This document shows, in pieces, positions 9,396 to 18,342 of a DNA stretch of 64,000 nucleotides. The stretch spans positions 480,052 to 544,051 of the forward strand of contig CAVXSS010000002.1 of NCBI GenBank assembly GCA_963764515.1, in the 5' to 3' direction. Positions within the stretch are counted from its first letter, which is position 1, and every line of letters starts with the position of its first letter. A model generated the notes under the pieces. That model did not search any database. It saw only the letters and a list, made by a program, of their open reading frames with translations, and was not told where the DNA came from. The stretch comes from an uncultured Chloroflexia bacterium (GTDB lineage: Bacteria; Chloroflexota; Limnocylindria; Limnocylindrales; CSP1-4). The position numbers and the translations under genes are program-made.

Positions 9396-10736
9396 TCAGG
9401 CGACCGCCCGAGGCGACACGGCCCGCAGGTCGTCGGCGAGCCGGTCCGCCAGGCGGGTCCCCGACAGTCCGTCGATGAGCCGGGCGGCGTGGGTCGCGGC
9501 CCGGATGACGAGGGCCGTCTCGAGGCGATCGGGGGACTCCCAGAACCAGCCGCAGCTGGCGAACATCGCCAGTCGCCAGCGCTGGGCGGCCATCATGGTG
9601 AGGAAGCGCCGGGTGTCCTCGCCATCCGTCCCGCCGCCGAGCCATCCCTCGGCGAAGGTCGCCTCGCTCATCGCACGGACGACGACATCGACGTAGGCGT
9701 CGCGTGCCGCCCACGGATCGGGCGATCCGGGCAACGCCCGGGCGATCGCCTCGGTCCCGGTGTCGATGGCCTCGGCAAGGCGGTCGAACGCGGTGCGCAG
9801 GGTCTCCTTCCACGCCCCGTCCGGGACGCAGTCACAGGCCTCGCGCCAGCGGGCGACGCCGTGATGGCAGCTCCACGAGGTGCGATCGACCACCGTCGCG
9901 AGCTCGAACGGTCGGCCACCGTCCGGCTGGACCACCTCGGCAAGGGTCGCCACGTCGTAGCCGAGATCGGCCTCTCCAACGAGACGCGCCAGGAACAGGT
10001 CCCGGAACGGCTTGTGGTGGCCGTACAGCTCGCCGTCGGTGGCGATGAGGGCGAACGGTGGCGCGCCACCGTCGATGTCGGCCGAGGCCAGCCGCGGCCC
10101 GATCCGGTCGCGGGCGAACCGGTCGGCGTCCCGGGTGGCGTCGGGCTCGAACGAGACCGACGTCGAGAGTCCGGCATCGTAGGCGGCGATGACGATCGAG
10201 CGCCCATCGCCGAGCTCGACCCGGTACGGCCGGCGTGAGTCCAGATCGGGCGCCGCCAGCTGCCACGGCGCGAGGATCGTGTGGGTGAACCCTGCGTCGG
10301 CGAGCAGCCGAAGGGTCTCGAGGTCGACCGCGGTCTCCGGCAGCCAGGCCCCCGTCGGTCTCCGCCCGAACCGGAGCTCGAAGTCACGCCGGCCCCAGCG
10401 CATCTCGGTGCGCCGGTCCGCGGAGGTCGCGAGCGGCAGGATCGTGTGATGGAAGGGCTGGGCGAGCCCGTGCACACCCGCGTCGCCCGTGACGAAGCCC
10501 CGGTATGCGGCCCGGTCGCCGTTCTCCATCCAGCCGGCGAGCGTCGGCCCGAGGTCCCACGACATGCGCCCGAGGTTGCCGAGCTCGGCGTTGGGCCGAT
10601 AGCAGTCATCGGCGATGCGGCTGTTCCAGTCGTGGGCCGGAGCGGCTGACGGCTCGGGTGGGACCAGCCCGGTCGCGGGATCGATCCGGGACGGCTGATA
10701 GAAGTGGCCGTGGACGACGAGGCGGGGACGGCTCAT
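9396..10736 (-). CDS. GH57-family alpha-glucan enzyme (branching-enzyme/alpha-amylase-like), ~446 aa
   Basis: The ORF 9396..11324 was trimmed to the ATG at 10736, giving a product that starts MSRPRLVVHGHFYQPSR... (GH57 N-terminal HxHxxQP-type motif) and continues ...ATDGELYGHH. The start overlaps the stop of the upstream GH57 gene as ATGA. Confidence 0.7.
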   Translation of the reverse strand: MSRPRLVVHGHFYQPSRIDPATGLVPPEPSAAPAHDWNSRIADDCYRPNAELGNLGRMSWDLGPTLAGWMENGDRAAYRGFVTGDAGVHGLAQPFHHTILPLATSADRRTEMRWGRRDFELRFGRRPTGAWLPETAVDLETLRLLADAGFTHTILAPWQLAAPDLDSRRPYRVELGDGRSIVIAAYDAGLSTSVSFEPDATRDADRFARDRIGPRLASADIDGGAPPFALIATDGELYGHHKPFRDLFLARLVGEADLGYDVATLAEVVQPDGGRPFELATVVDRTSWSCHHGVARWREACDCVPDGAWKETLRTAFDRLAEAIDTGTEAIARALPGSPDPWAARDAYVDVVVRAMSEATFAEGWLGGGTDGEDTRRFLTMMAAQRWRLAMFASCGWFWESPDRLETALVIRAATHAARLIDGLSGTRLADRLADDLRAVSPRAVA

Positions 10737-12886
10737 GCCTCGAGCGCCCGGTCCCGGTCCGCGCTCACGGCGTTCGCGACGTCGACCGACCAGCCGGAAC
10801 CTGGCGCGAGCGCGATCGGCCACGACAGCAACAGCCCGCTGCCCTGGTAGACGCGCTCGAACCCCTGCTCGGAGTTGGAGATGGTCTCGACCGGGGCCCA
10901 CCACGCCTCGGCCGGGATGGAGACGGTGGTGGCGATCGCGATCCCGATGTCGTCGTTGCCCTGGGCGAACCGCTCCACCTTCTGCGCACGGCCACGCGAA
11001 TCGTGCGACGTGCGCGCGCCACCGATCTCCCACCATGCCGCCGGGTTGCCGCCGCCGCCCAGCATCGTCGTCGTCCACTCGACGCCGAGGCGGGCGTCGA
11101 TCCGTGCCGTCCCCGCGTTGTCCAGCTCGATCGTCAATCCGAGGGTCGGGCGTCGCCGGTCGCCGCCGACGCGCAATCGCTTGGTCACCCGGACCGTGGC
11201 GGCGGTATCCGCGGTGGCGACCCGCGCCTCGCGGCGCACGACGAGGCAGCCGGGGGTCAGGTCCTCGATGTCGTAGGCGCCATCGAGCGCATCGCCGAGC
11301 TCGCGGACGGTGGCGTTCGCCCACCCGTCGGGCGTCGCATCCTGGGGCAGGAAGCGGACGAGGCCACTCCGCCGCTCGTGGGTGTCGTAGAACAACCGCG
11401 CGGCGAGTCCTGGCTCCTTTACCCGCACGACGTCGTGGATGGATGCCGGGGCGCCGTCGGCGTCGTCACCGGACGCCGTGGTGGTTCGGGCGTCGTGTCG
11501 GCGGAGCAGCTCGTGGTACGCCTCGGGCCGGCGACGCAGAACGGCCGTCACCGCGTGGCGGACCGGCCGGATGTCCCAGGCGCCGATCCCGGCGCCGCCG
11601 TCGAGGTCGACGGTGACGACCTGTCCCGCTGTCGCGAGCCGGACATCGTCGAGTCCGTCCATGTCCAGGTCGAACGACTCCGTCGATTCCAGACGACCAA
11701 CGGCGGCGTCGGCCAGGTCCTCGGCGGCGATGAGGTGCTCGCAGGTCGCGAGGCGCATGTGGTTGATATAGATCCCGCCGAACAACCCGTGCCAGTAACA
11801 GTCATTCGACTGGCCCTGGAAGAGGTGGTCGAGCGCGCGATCACGGGCTGGTCCGGGTGCCATCGCCTCGACCTTCTCCGACGTTCGGAGCATCTGCTTG
11901 TGCAGGTCGTTGATCTCGCGGTACTTGACCTGGAAGTTGCGCCAGAACGCGCCACGCAGCCAGCGGGCCTCGGGCCGCTTCTCCGCCGTGGCTCGGTGCA
12001 GCACGTCGGCGAAGACCAGGCTCTCGTCCGCCGGCAGCGCCCATTCGCCCATCTCGGCGTACGAGCCGGTCGGGAAGTAGACGCGGCCGATGGGTGGGTG
12101 GTCGGCGAGCCACGCCGAGGGCGTCACGGTCGATAGCCAGTCCGCGTTCGCCTCGAGAGCCTCGAAGAAGCGTTCGACCCAGCGGCCCTCACCCCAGCAG
12201 TGCTTCCATGTCATCGGCCACGCCCCGAACTTCTCGCCGTCGTCGCCCATCATCCCGACCCGCGAGCCGTCCTCGGTCGCGTGATCGCGGAGGTACTCGA
12301 CGACCTCCTCGACGTCTCGGAACGGGATCCGGTATCGGAGCCCCTGCTCGGTCCCGAAGACGCGCAGGAGCCGGCCCTGGTCCTCCGTCGTGTACGGCCC
12401 CCAGAGGTCCTCCTCGGGGATGGCGGCGGCGCGGAAATGCGCGTCGTCGAGGATCGTCCAGGCGTAGCCGCCGGCCTCCAGCGACGTGGGCAGGTCCGGC
12501 TCCCAGACCCGCTCCGCGAGCCAGGCGCCGGTCGGCCGGCGGCCGAAGAGCCGGTCGAGCTCATCGCTCATGCGACGCAGCTGGCCGATCCGGTCCCGTT
12601 CCGGCAGCGACGCGAGCACCGGTTCGTAGAAGCCGCCGCCGAGGATCTCCACCTGGCCGCGCGCGACGAGCGAGCGCAGCCGATCGACGAACTCGGGACG
12701 CTCCGCCTGCAACCAGCCAAGCAGCGGGCCCGAGTAGTGGAGCGCCATCCGGACGCCCGGGTGGCGCTCGAGGGCCTCGAGCATGGGCAGGTAGGCCAGG
12801 CCGTAGACCTCGGCGAAGACCCACCCGAAGTTGCCGACCGGCTGGTGGTTATGGATCGCCAGAGACAGGCCGATGCGCGGCGCCAC
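10733..12886 (-). CDS. GH57-family glycoside hydrolase / 4-alpha-glucanotransferase-like, 717 aa
   Basis: The product reads MAPRIGLSLAIHNHQPVGNF...HYSGPLLGWL...WLAERVWEPDL...GMMGDDGEKFGAWP. These match the conserved GH57 regions (HNHQP, GEKFG). Confidence 0.8.
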   Translation of the reverse strand: MAPRIGLSLAIHNHQPVGNFGWVFAEVYGLAYLPMLEALERHPGVRMALHYSGPLLGWLQAERPEFVDRLRSLVARGQVEILGGGFYEPVLASLPERDRIGQLRRMSDELDRLFGRRPTGAWLAERVWEPDLPTSLEAGGYAWTILDDAHFRAAAIPEEDLWGPYTTEDQGRLLRVFGTEQGLRYRIPFRDVEEVVEYLRDHATEDGSRVGMMGDDGEKFGAWPMTWKHCWGEGRWVERFFEALEANADWLSTVTPSAWLADHPPIGRVYFPTGSYAEMGEWALPADESLVFADVLHRATAEKRPEARWLRGAFWRNFQVKYREINDLHKQMLRTSEKVEAMAPGPARDRALDHLFQGQSNDCYWHGLFGGIYINHMRLATCEHLIAAEDLADAAVGRLESTESFDLDMDGLDDVRLATAGQVVTVDLDGGAGIGAWDIRPVRHAVTAVLRRRPEAYHELLRRHDARTTTASGDDADGAPASIHDVVRVKEPGLAARLFYDTHERRSGLVRFLPQDATPDGWANATVRELGDALDGAYDIEDLTPGCLVVRREARVATADTAATVRVTKRLRVGGDRRRPTLGLTIELDNAGTARIDARLGVEWTTTMLGGGGNPAAWWEIGGARTSHDSRGRAQKVERFAQGNDDIGIAIATTVSIPAEAWWAPVETISNSEQGFERVYQGSGLLLSWPIALAPGSGWSVDVANAVSADRDRALEA

Positions 12887-12893
12887 GGGGCGG

Positions 12894-15074
12894 TCAGCCG
12901 GCCTCCGTCACGACCGGGGTCAGGACCGGCTCGGGCACGACGACACCGGCCGCCGGCAGGTACAGCTGCTCGGTGTACTCGTGGAGCATGCGGGTGGTCG
13001 AGAATCGCCATAGGGCCGTGGCCATCGCGCGACGCACGACCCCGAGCCAGCCCGTCGGCACGCCGGATTCGTCTCGCTCGTAGTAGGTGGGCACGATCTC
13101 CTCTTCCAGGATCCGATAGAGGTCCTGTGCGTCCGACCAGTCCTGGGCGGTCTCGTCGGGGTTCGTCTCGCGGCCGCCGATCGCCCAGCCGTTGTCGCCC
13201 TCGTAGCCTTCGTCCCACCAGCCGTCGAGCACGCTGACGTTGGGCACGCCGTTCTGGGCGGCCTTCATCCCCGATGTCCCCGATGCCTCGAGGGGTCGGC
13301 GCGGGTTGTTGAGCCAGACGTCGGCGCCCTGGACGAGGAAGCGGGCCTCCCGGATGTCGTAGTCCTCCAGGACGAAGACCCGCCCGCGCAGCCCGGGCGA
13401 TCGCGAGAGCTGGAAGATCTCCTGGATGACCTTCTGTCCAGGACGGTCGGCCGGATGTGCCTTGCCGGCGAACACGATCTGGATCGGTCGTTTGTCGTCG
13501 CGCAGCATCCGCTCGACCCGGTCGAGCTGGGTGAGCAGGAGCCCGGCCCGCTTGTACGTCGCGAACCGACGGGCGAAGCCGACCGTGAGGATCGCGGGGT
13601 CGAGGGCGCTCTCCAGCTCGGCCAGGGTGGACGGGGCTTCGCCGTGGCGGGCGAACTGGCTGCGGAGCCGGCCCTGCGCGAAATTCGCCAGCTCGCGTTT
13701 CTGGCGCAGGTGCGCGTCCCACAGCTCCTTCGCCGGGATGCGCTCCATCCGTTCCCAGAACCGGCCCTGCCGGGTGCTCGCGTCGAGGTCGTCGAGGTCC
13801 GCATCGAGATATCGCGCGAGCAGGTCGGCGATCGGCGCCCCGATCCAGGATGGGCCGTGCACCCCGTTGGTGATGCCCAGGATGTCGTGGTCGGTGATCC
13901 CGTGCCAGGTCTGGTTGGCGGTGTGGGCGTGGAGCTGGCTGACGGCGTTGGCGCCGTTGGTGAGGCGCAGCGAGAACGCGGTCATGTCGAACTGGCCGTG
14001 GTCGCCGTCCATCCCGACGCCGAGCTCCAGCACGCGCTCGATCGGGACACCTCCGCGGTCGAGCAGCGGACCGGCGACGCGTCGAACGAGGTCGGCGTCG
14101 AACCGTTCGTTGCCCGCCGAGACGGGCGTGTGGATCGTGAAGACGCTGTTGCGCCGGACCGTCGCCCAGGCGTCGTCGAGCGTGGCTCCGGTCGCCACCT
14201 GCTCGCGGGCGCGCTCGGCGAGCAGGAACGCCGAGTGGCCCTCGTTGAGATGCCAGACGGCGGGGCCGAGACCGAGCGCCCGGATCGCGCGCACGCCGCC
14301 GACCCCGAGGACCAGTTCCTGGTGGAGTCGCATCTCGCGCCCACGCACGTACAGGATGTGGGTGATCGGGCGGTCCTGATCTGGGTTCTCCGGCAGGTCC
14401 GTGTCGAGCAGCAGGACCGGCACGCGGCCGACCTGGGCGAGCCAGACCCCCACGACCAGGTCACGGTCCGGCAGCTCGACGGTGACCGTCATGGGAAGCC
14501 CGTTCTCATCCTGGACACGGCTCAGCGGCAGCCGCGCCATGTCGTAGTCGGGGTACTCGTGCTCCTGATGGCCGTCGGCATCGATCGACTGGCGGAAGTA
14601 GCCCTTGCGGTAGAGCAGCCCGACGCCCAGCGCCGGGAGGGCCATGTCGCTCGCGGCCTTCATGTGATCGCCGGCCAGGACGCCCAGGCCGCCCGAGTAG
14701 ATGCCGAGCGACTCATGGAGGCCGTACTCAGCGCAGAAGTACGCGATCGGGCCCGTGAGCTTGCCGCCGTACTTGCGCCGGAACCAGTGGTCGGAACCAT
14801 TCGCCATGTACTGGTCGAACTCGCCCAGGACGTCGTGGTACTCGGTCAGGAACTTCGCGTCGTCGAGGAGGCGAGACCAGTCGGCGGAGCCGCTGATGAC
14901 CAGGATCGGGTTCCGATACCGGTTCCAGGCCGTCCGGTCGATGAGGCTCCACAGGCCGCGGGTGCGGGGATGCCAGGCCCAGTAGAGATTGTAGGCGAGG
15001 CGTCGAAGCCCCTCCAGCCTCGGCGGGAGCGGGAACGACGCTGCCGGGATGGACGGGACGCGCACGGGGTCCAT
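12894..15074 (-). CDS. glgP: Alpha-glucan (glycogen/maltodextrin) phosphorylase, GT35
   Basis: The ORF 12894..15626 was trimmed to the ATG at 15074 (MDPVRVPS...). The product is a GT35 alpha-glucan phosphorylase: ...GGLGVLAGDHMKAASDMALP...EGHSAFL...ASGTSGMKAAQNGV... Confidence 0.85.
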   Translation of the reverse strand: MDPVRVPSIPAASFPLPPRLEGLRRLAYNLYWAWHPRTRGLWSLIDRTAWNRYRNPILVISGSADWSRLLDDAKFLTEYHDVLGEFDQYMANGSDHWFRRKYGGKLTGPIAYFCAEYGLHESLGIYSGGLGVLAGDHMKAASDMALPALGVGLLYRKGYFRQSIDADGHQEHEYPDYDMARLPLSRVQDENGLPMTVTVELPDRDLVVGVWLAQVGRVPVLLLDTDLPENPDQDRPITHILYVRGREMRLHQELVLGVGGVRAIRALGLGPAVWHLNEGHSAFLLAERAREQVATGATLDDAWATVRRNSVFTIHTPVSAGNERFDADLVRRVAGPLLDRGGVPIERVLELGVGMDGDHGQFDMTAFSLRLTNGANAVSQLHAHTANQTWHGITDHDILGITNGVHGPSWIGAPIADLLARYLDADLDDLDASTRQGRFWERMERIPAKELWDAHLRQKRELANFAQGRLRSQFARHGEAPSTLAELESALDPAILTVGFARRFATYKRAGLLLTQLDRVERMLRDDKRPIQIVFAGKAHPADRPGQKVIQEIFQLSRSPGLRGRVFVLEDYDIREARFLVQGADVWLNNPRRPLEASGTSGMKAAQNGVPNVSVLDGWWDEGYEGDNGWAIGGRETNPDETAQDWSDAQDLYRILEEEIVPTYYERDESGVPTGWLGVVRRAMATALWRFSTTRMLHEYTEQLYLPAAGVVVPEPVLTPVVTEAG

Positions 15075-15167
15075 GTGCGGGGATGATACCCGGTCACTCG
15101 GGGAATGGACCGGTCTACGGTGGGTTCCCGGTGCGCGGGTGCGCAGCGTGGTCGTCCCGCGGCTAGG
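15075..15167. promoter_or_regulatory. Divergent intergenic region between glgP (minus) and glgA (plus); presumed bidirectional promoter/regulatory region
   Basis: A 93-bp gap lies between the start codons of two divergently oriented glycogen genes. I did not identify a specific operator. Confidence 0.3.
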
Positions 15168-16664
15168 ATGCCCGTCATGCCGTTGCGAGTGGCGTTCCTC
15201 GCCGCCGAGTGCGAGCCCTGGGCCAAGACCGGCGGCCTGGCCGATGTCGTCGACGCGCTCGCCCGGGCCCTCGGGCGACTGCCGGCCGGCGCGGTCGCGA
15301 CCCCGGTCGACGTGTTCCTGCCGCGGTACCGGAGCGTGCCGGCGCCCGACCCGGACGCGATCGAGCGTCGGACCGTCCTCCACGTCCCCGACCCTTGGGC
15401 CCCGACCGGCACGAGCGTCGTGACGCTCGTCGACGTCGCGGCCGACGGGTATCGCCTGCGCCTGGTCGACCACCCGCCCGCGTTCGACCGCGACGGGTTC
15501 TACGGCGACGGGGCCGGAGACTACGCCGACAACCCGTGGCGGTTCGGGCTGTTCTGCCGCGCGGCGCTCGAGGCGATGCGGACCGACGCGACGCCGGTCG
15601 ACCTCCTGCACCTGCACGATTGGCACACTGGGCCCGCCGCCATCTTCCGGGACGCGCGATACGAGGATGACCCGATCGTCGGGCGGTCATCGATCCTGAT
15701 GACCGTGCACAACCTGGCCTATCACGGCTGGGTTCCGCTCGACGGCCTCCGGCAACTCGGCCTGCGGCCGGGCGATGGGGTCGTGGCCCGCGAGGCGGAC
15801 GGACTGGACCTTCTCGCGACAGGCATCGAGCGGGCAGAGCTCGCCAACACGGTCTCGCCGACGTTCGCGAGCGAGGCGCTCACACCGGCCTTCGGGATGG
15901 GCCTCGATCCGCTGCTGCGCTCGAAGGGGGACCGGTTCTCCGGCATCCTCAATGGCCTCGACACCACCTTGTGGGATCCCGCGACCGACCGCGACATCGC
16001 GGCGCCGTACTCGCGAACGGATCGGTCCGGAAAGGTCGCCTGCCGCGCCGACCTGTTCGAGCGGCTCGGGTTCGACCCGGCCGACCCGGGGACCGTGTTC
16101 GGGGCGATCGGTCGCCTCGACCCGCAGAAGGGTTTCGATCTCGTGGCGGGCGCCGCCCCGGCATTGCTCGCGCGGGGCGCCCGGTTCGTCGTGCAGGGCA
16201 GTGGCAACGCGGAACTCGCCGAACCGTTCCGCCGACTCGCCGCGGCCAGGCCGGACCGGGTCGCGCTCGTCGAGCGCTTCGACCGCGTCATGGCGCGCCG
16301 GACCTATGCGGGCGTCGACGCGTTCCTGATGCCATCGCGGTTCGAGCCATGCGGCCAGGGCCAGATGATCGCACTGCGCTACGGGACACCGCCGGTCGTC
16401 CACCGGACCGGCGGGCTCGCCGACACCGTCGTCGACGCGACGCTGCACCCCGGCATGGGGACCGGGTTCGTGTTCGACGAGGCGACGCCCGAAGCCCTGG
16501 CGACGGCGTGCGAGCGGACGATGACGATGCACGCCGCCGGTGGAGCGCCGTGGCAGGCCCTGCTTGATCGCGGCATGGCCGTCGATTTCGACTGGGTCAC
16601 GGGCTCCGCGCCGCACTACGTCGAGGCCTACCGCCGCGCCGTGGCGCTCCGGGCCGGGGCCTGA
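15168..16664 (+). CDS. glgA: Glycogen synthase (ADP-glucose-type, GT5)
   Basis: The product reads MPVMPLRVAFLAAECEPWAKTGGLADVV... (KTGGL motif) and ...MPSRFEPCGQGQMIALRYGTPPVVHRTGGLADTV. The start was trimmed from the ORF at 15105 to the ATG at 15168. Confidence 0.85.
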   Translation: MPVMPLRVAFLAAECEPWAKTGGLADVVDALARALGRLPAGAVATPVDVFLPRYRSVPAPDPDAIERRTVLHVPDPWAPTGTSVVTLVDVAADGYRLRLVDHPPAFDRDGFYGDGAGDYADNPWRFGLFCRAALEAMRTDATPVDLLHLHDWHTGPAAIFRDARYEDDPIVGRSSILMTVHNLAYHGWVPLDGLRQLGLRPGDGVVAREADGLDLLATGIERAELANTVSPTFASEALTPAFGMGLDPLLRSKGDRFSGILNGLDTTLWDPATDRDIAAPYSRTDRSGKVACRADLFERLGFDPADPGTVFGAIGRLDPQKGFDLVAGAAPALLARGARFVVQGSGNAELAEPFRRLAAARPDRVALVERFDRVMARRTYAGVDAFLMPSRFEPCGQGQMIALRYGTPPVVHRTGGLADTVVDATLHPGMGTGFVFDEATPEALATACERTMTMHAAGGAPWQALLDRGMAVDFDWVTGSAPHYVEAYRRAVALRAGA

Positions 16665-17479
16665 CCCAGCGCCTGCCCGAGTGCGTCGATCAACTCGTCG
16701 GGGTGCGTCGCCTGCGGCGAATGCGGCGCACCGACGAGGGTGAGGACGTGGTCCGCACCGAACCGCGCGGCGAACGTCGCGGCCACCTTGTCCGGCAGTC
16801 GGCCACCCGCCGCGGGGTCGCCGCGAACCACCCAGACGTCGAGGCCCGCCGCCACCGGCTCGGACAGCGCGGCCAGCCCCGCATCCCAGTCGCCGTTCTC
16901 GAAGAGGATCCGGCGGACCGCTTCGAGATCGGTGTCGACCGCGGCCCGGGCGGCCGCGTCGAGGTCGCCCACGGCCCAGTCCGGGTGCTCCCCGGCCGCC
17001 GCGGCGCGGGCCGCCTCGAAGGTTGGCCGGACGATCGGGCCGGCCGCCGTGGCCGCTGCGGCCTCCGCCTCGATCTCTCCGAGCGTGATGACCGGCGGGT
17101 CGAGCAGGACCAGCCGGGACGGTCGGAGCCCGGCGGCAGGCATGGCGCAGGCGACCATGGCTCCCCAGCTGTGCGCGACCACCCGGAGGTCCTCGCTCCC
17201 CAGACCCGCCACACGGACGAACTCGACCAGGTCCGCGGCCGTCTCACGAAACCGGGCTCGACCGGTCCAATGTCCGGTCCGGCCGTGACCCGGCATGTCC
17301 ACCGCCACCACCCGACGACCCGTTGCCGCCAGCGCCGGACCGACTCGCCACCAGCCGGCGGCCGATGCGATCACCCCATGGACGAGCAACAGTGGCGGGC
17401 CCGCCGGGTCGCCCCAGGTCAGCGCCGAGAACGGGATGCCCGCCGCGACCACGCCCAGACGGCTGTCGGCATCGTCCAT
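16628..17479 (-). CDS. Alpha/beta-fold hydrolase
   Basis: The product reads LLLVHGVIASAAGWWRVGPALAATGRRVVAVDMPGHGRTG...VVAHSWGAMVA, with the GxSxG nucleophile elbow. Its 3' end overlaps glgA convergently by ~37 nt. Confidence 0.7.
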   Translation of the reverse strand: MDDADSRLGVVAAGIPFSALTWGDPAGPPLLLVHGVIASAAGWWRVGPALAATGRRVVAVDMPGHGRTGHWTGRARFRETAADLVEFVRVAGLGSEDLRVVAHSWGAMVACAMPAAGLRPSRLVLLDPPVITLGEIEAEAAAATAAGPIVRPTFEAARAAAAGEHPDWAVGDLDAAARAAVDTDLEAVRRILFENGDWDAGLAALSEPVAAGLDVWVVRGDPAAGGRLPDKVAATFAARFGADHVLTLVGAPHSPQATHPDELIDALGQALGQAPARSATARR

Positions 17480-17545
17480 CGAGCGGCGACGCTACCACAG
17501 CGATGGCCGGTAGAATCCGGCCGTCCCAGTCGTCCGGAGGGTCCC

Positions 17546-17935
17546 ATGGCCAACCAGTTCGTGGTCCAGCTGAAGAACGAGCCCGGCGCGATGGCCAACC
17601 TGGCCGAAGCGCTCGCCGCGCGCGGCGTCGACCTGCGCGCGATCGGTGGCGGGAGCATCGGCGATTCCGGGCACGTCATCATGACCACGGCGGACGATCC
17701 GGCCACCAAGGCCGTGCTCGACGAAGGCGGCTACACCTACATCGAGGGCGAATCGATCCTGACCGAGGTCGACGACCGCCCTGGCGGCATGGCCAGGCTC
17801 TCGCGGGCGCTCGCCGACGCGGGCGTGAACATCCTGGGCCACCTGTTCCTGGGTCGGTGGGGCGATCGAGCGATGTTCGCGTTCGTCGTCGACAAGCCCG
17901 ACGTCGCTCGCCCGATCCTCGAGCGCAAAGGCTGA
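17546..17935 (+). CDS. Tandem ACT-domain small regulatory protein
   Basis: The ORF 16703..17935 was trimmed to the ATG at 17546, which is preceded by GGAGG. The 129-aa product MANQFVVQLKNEPGAMANLAEALAARGVDLRAIGG...LTEVDDRPGGMARLSRALADAGVNILG shows two ACT-like beta-alpha-beta-beta-alpha-beta units. Confidence 0.65.
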   Translation: MANQFVVQLKNEPGAMANLAEALAARGVDLRAIGGGSIGDSGHVIMTTADDPATKAVLDEGGYTYIEGESILTEVDDRPGGMARLSRALADAGVNILGHLFLGRWGDRAMFAFVVDKPDVARPILERKG

Positions 17936-18342
17936 CGCTCCCCCGGCCCCGCTATTCCGGCATTCGATCCTCTGGCGGTCGTTCGTCGGCACGGTTCCTG
18001 ACAGTCGCGCGAGTCGGCGGCCAGATGGCAGGATCCGCCGCCGAATGATGCGGATGCGACCGGTTCGAATGCCGCGCGGCCGCGCGTGGTTGACCGACGA
18101 CCGCCTGAGGCACATCTGGCGGAAAACGGGCCGCGGAGGGACGGCGACGCGGCACGAAACCGCCCCAGGACCATCGGCCCGGCTACCCACCGGCCCCACA
18201 TCGAGTATGCTGCGCACCTTCGTGCTCGATGGGCGCTCCGGTCGGCGCCCCGGTCTCACACCGTCCGATCCCGATCCACCAACGCCCTGACCGGGCCCCG
18301 CAAGCGTGCGGGAGGGCCCAGTTCGTCAGGAGCGTTCACTCC

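Noticed and set aside
18040-18090. GGTTCGAAT T-loop-like motif (also one at ~36611-36640) that could indicate tRNA genes.
   Set aside because: No flanking T-stem, acceptor stem or anticodon arm can be paired around either motif. They sit in the helicase leader and the RidA-LacI spacer and are judged chance matches.
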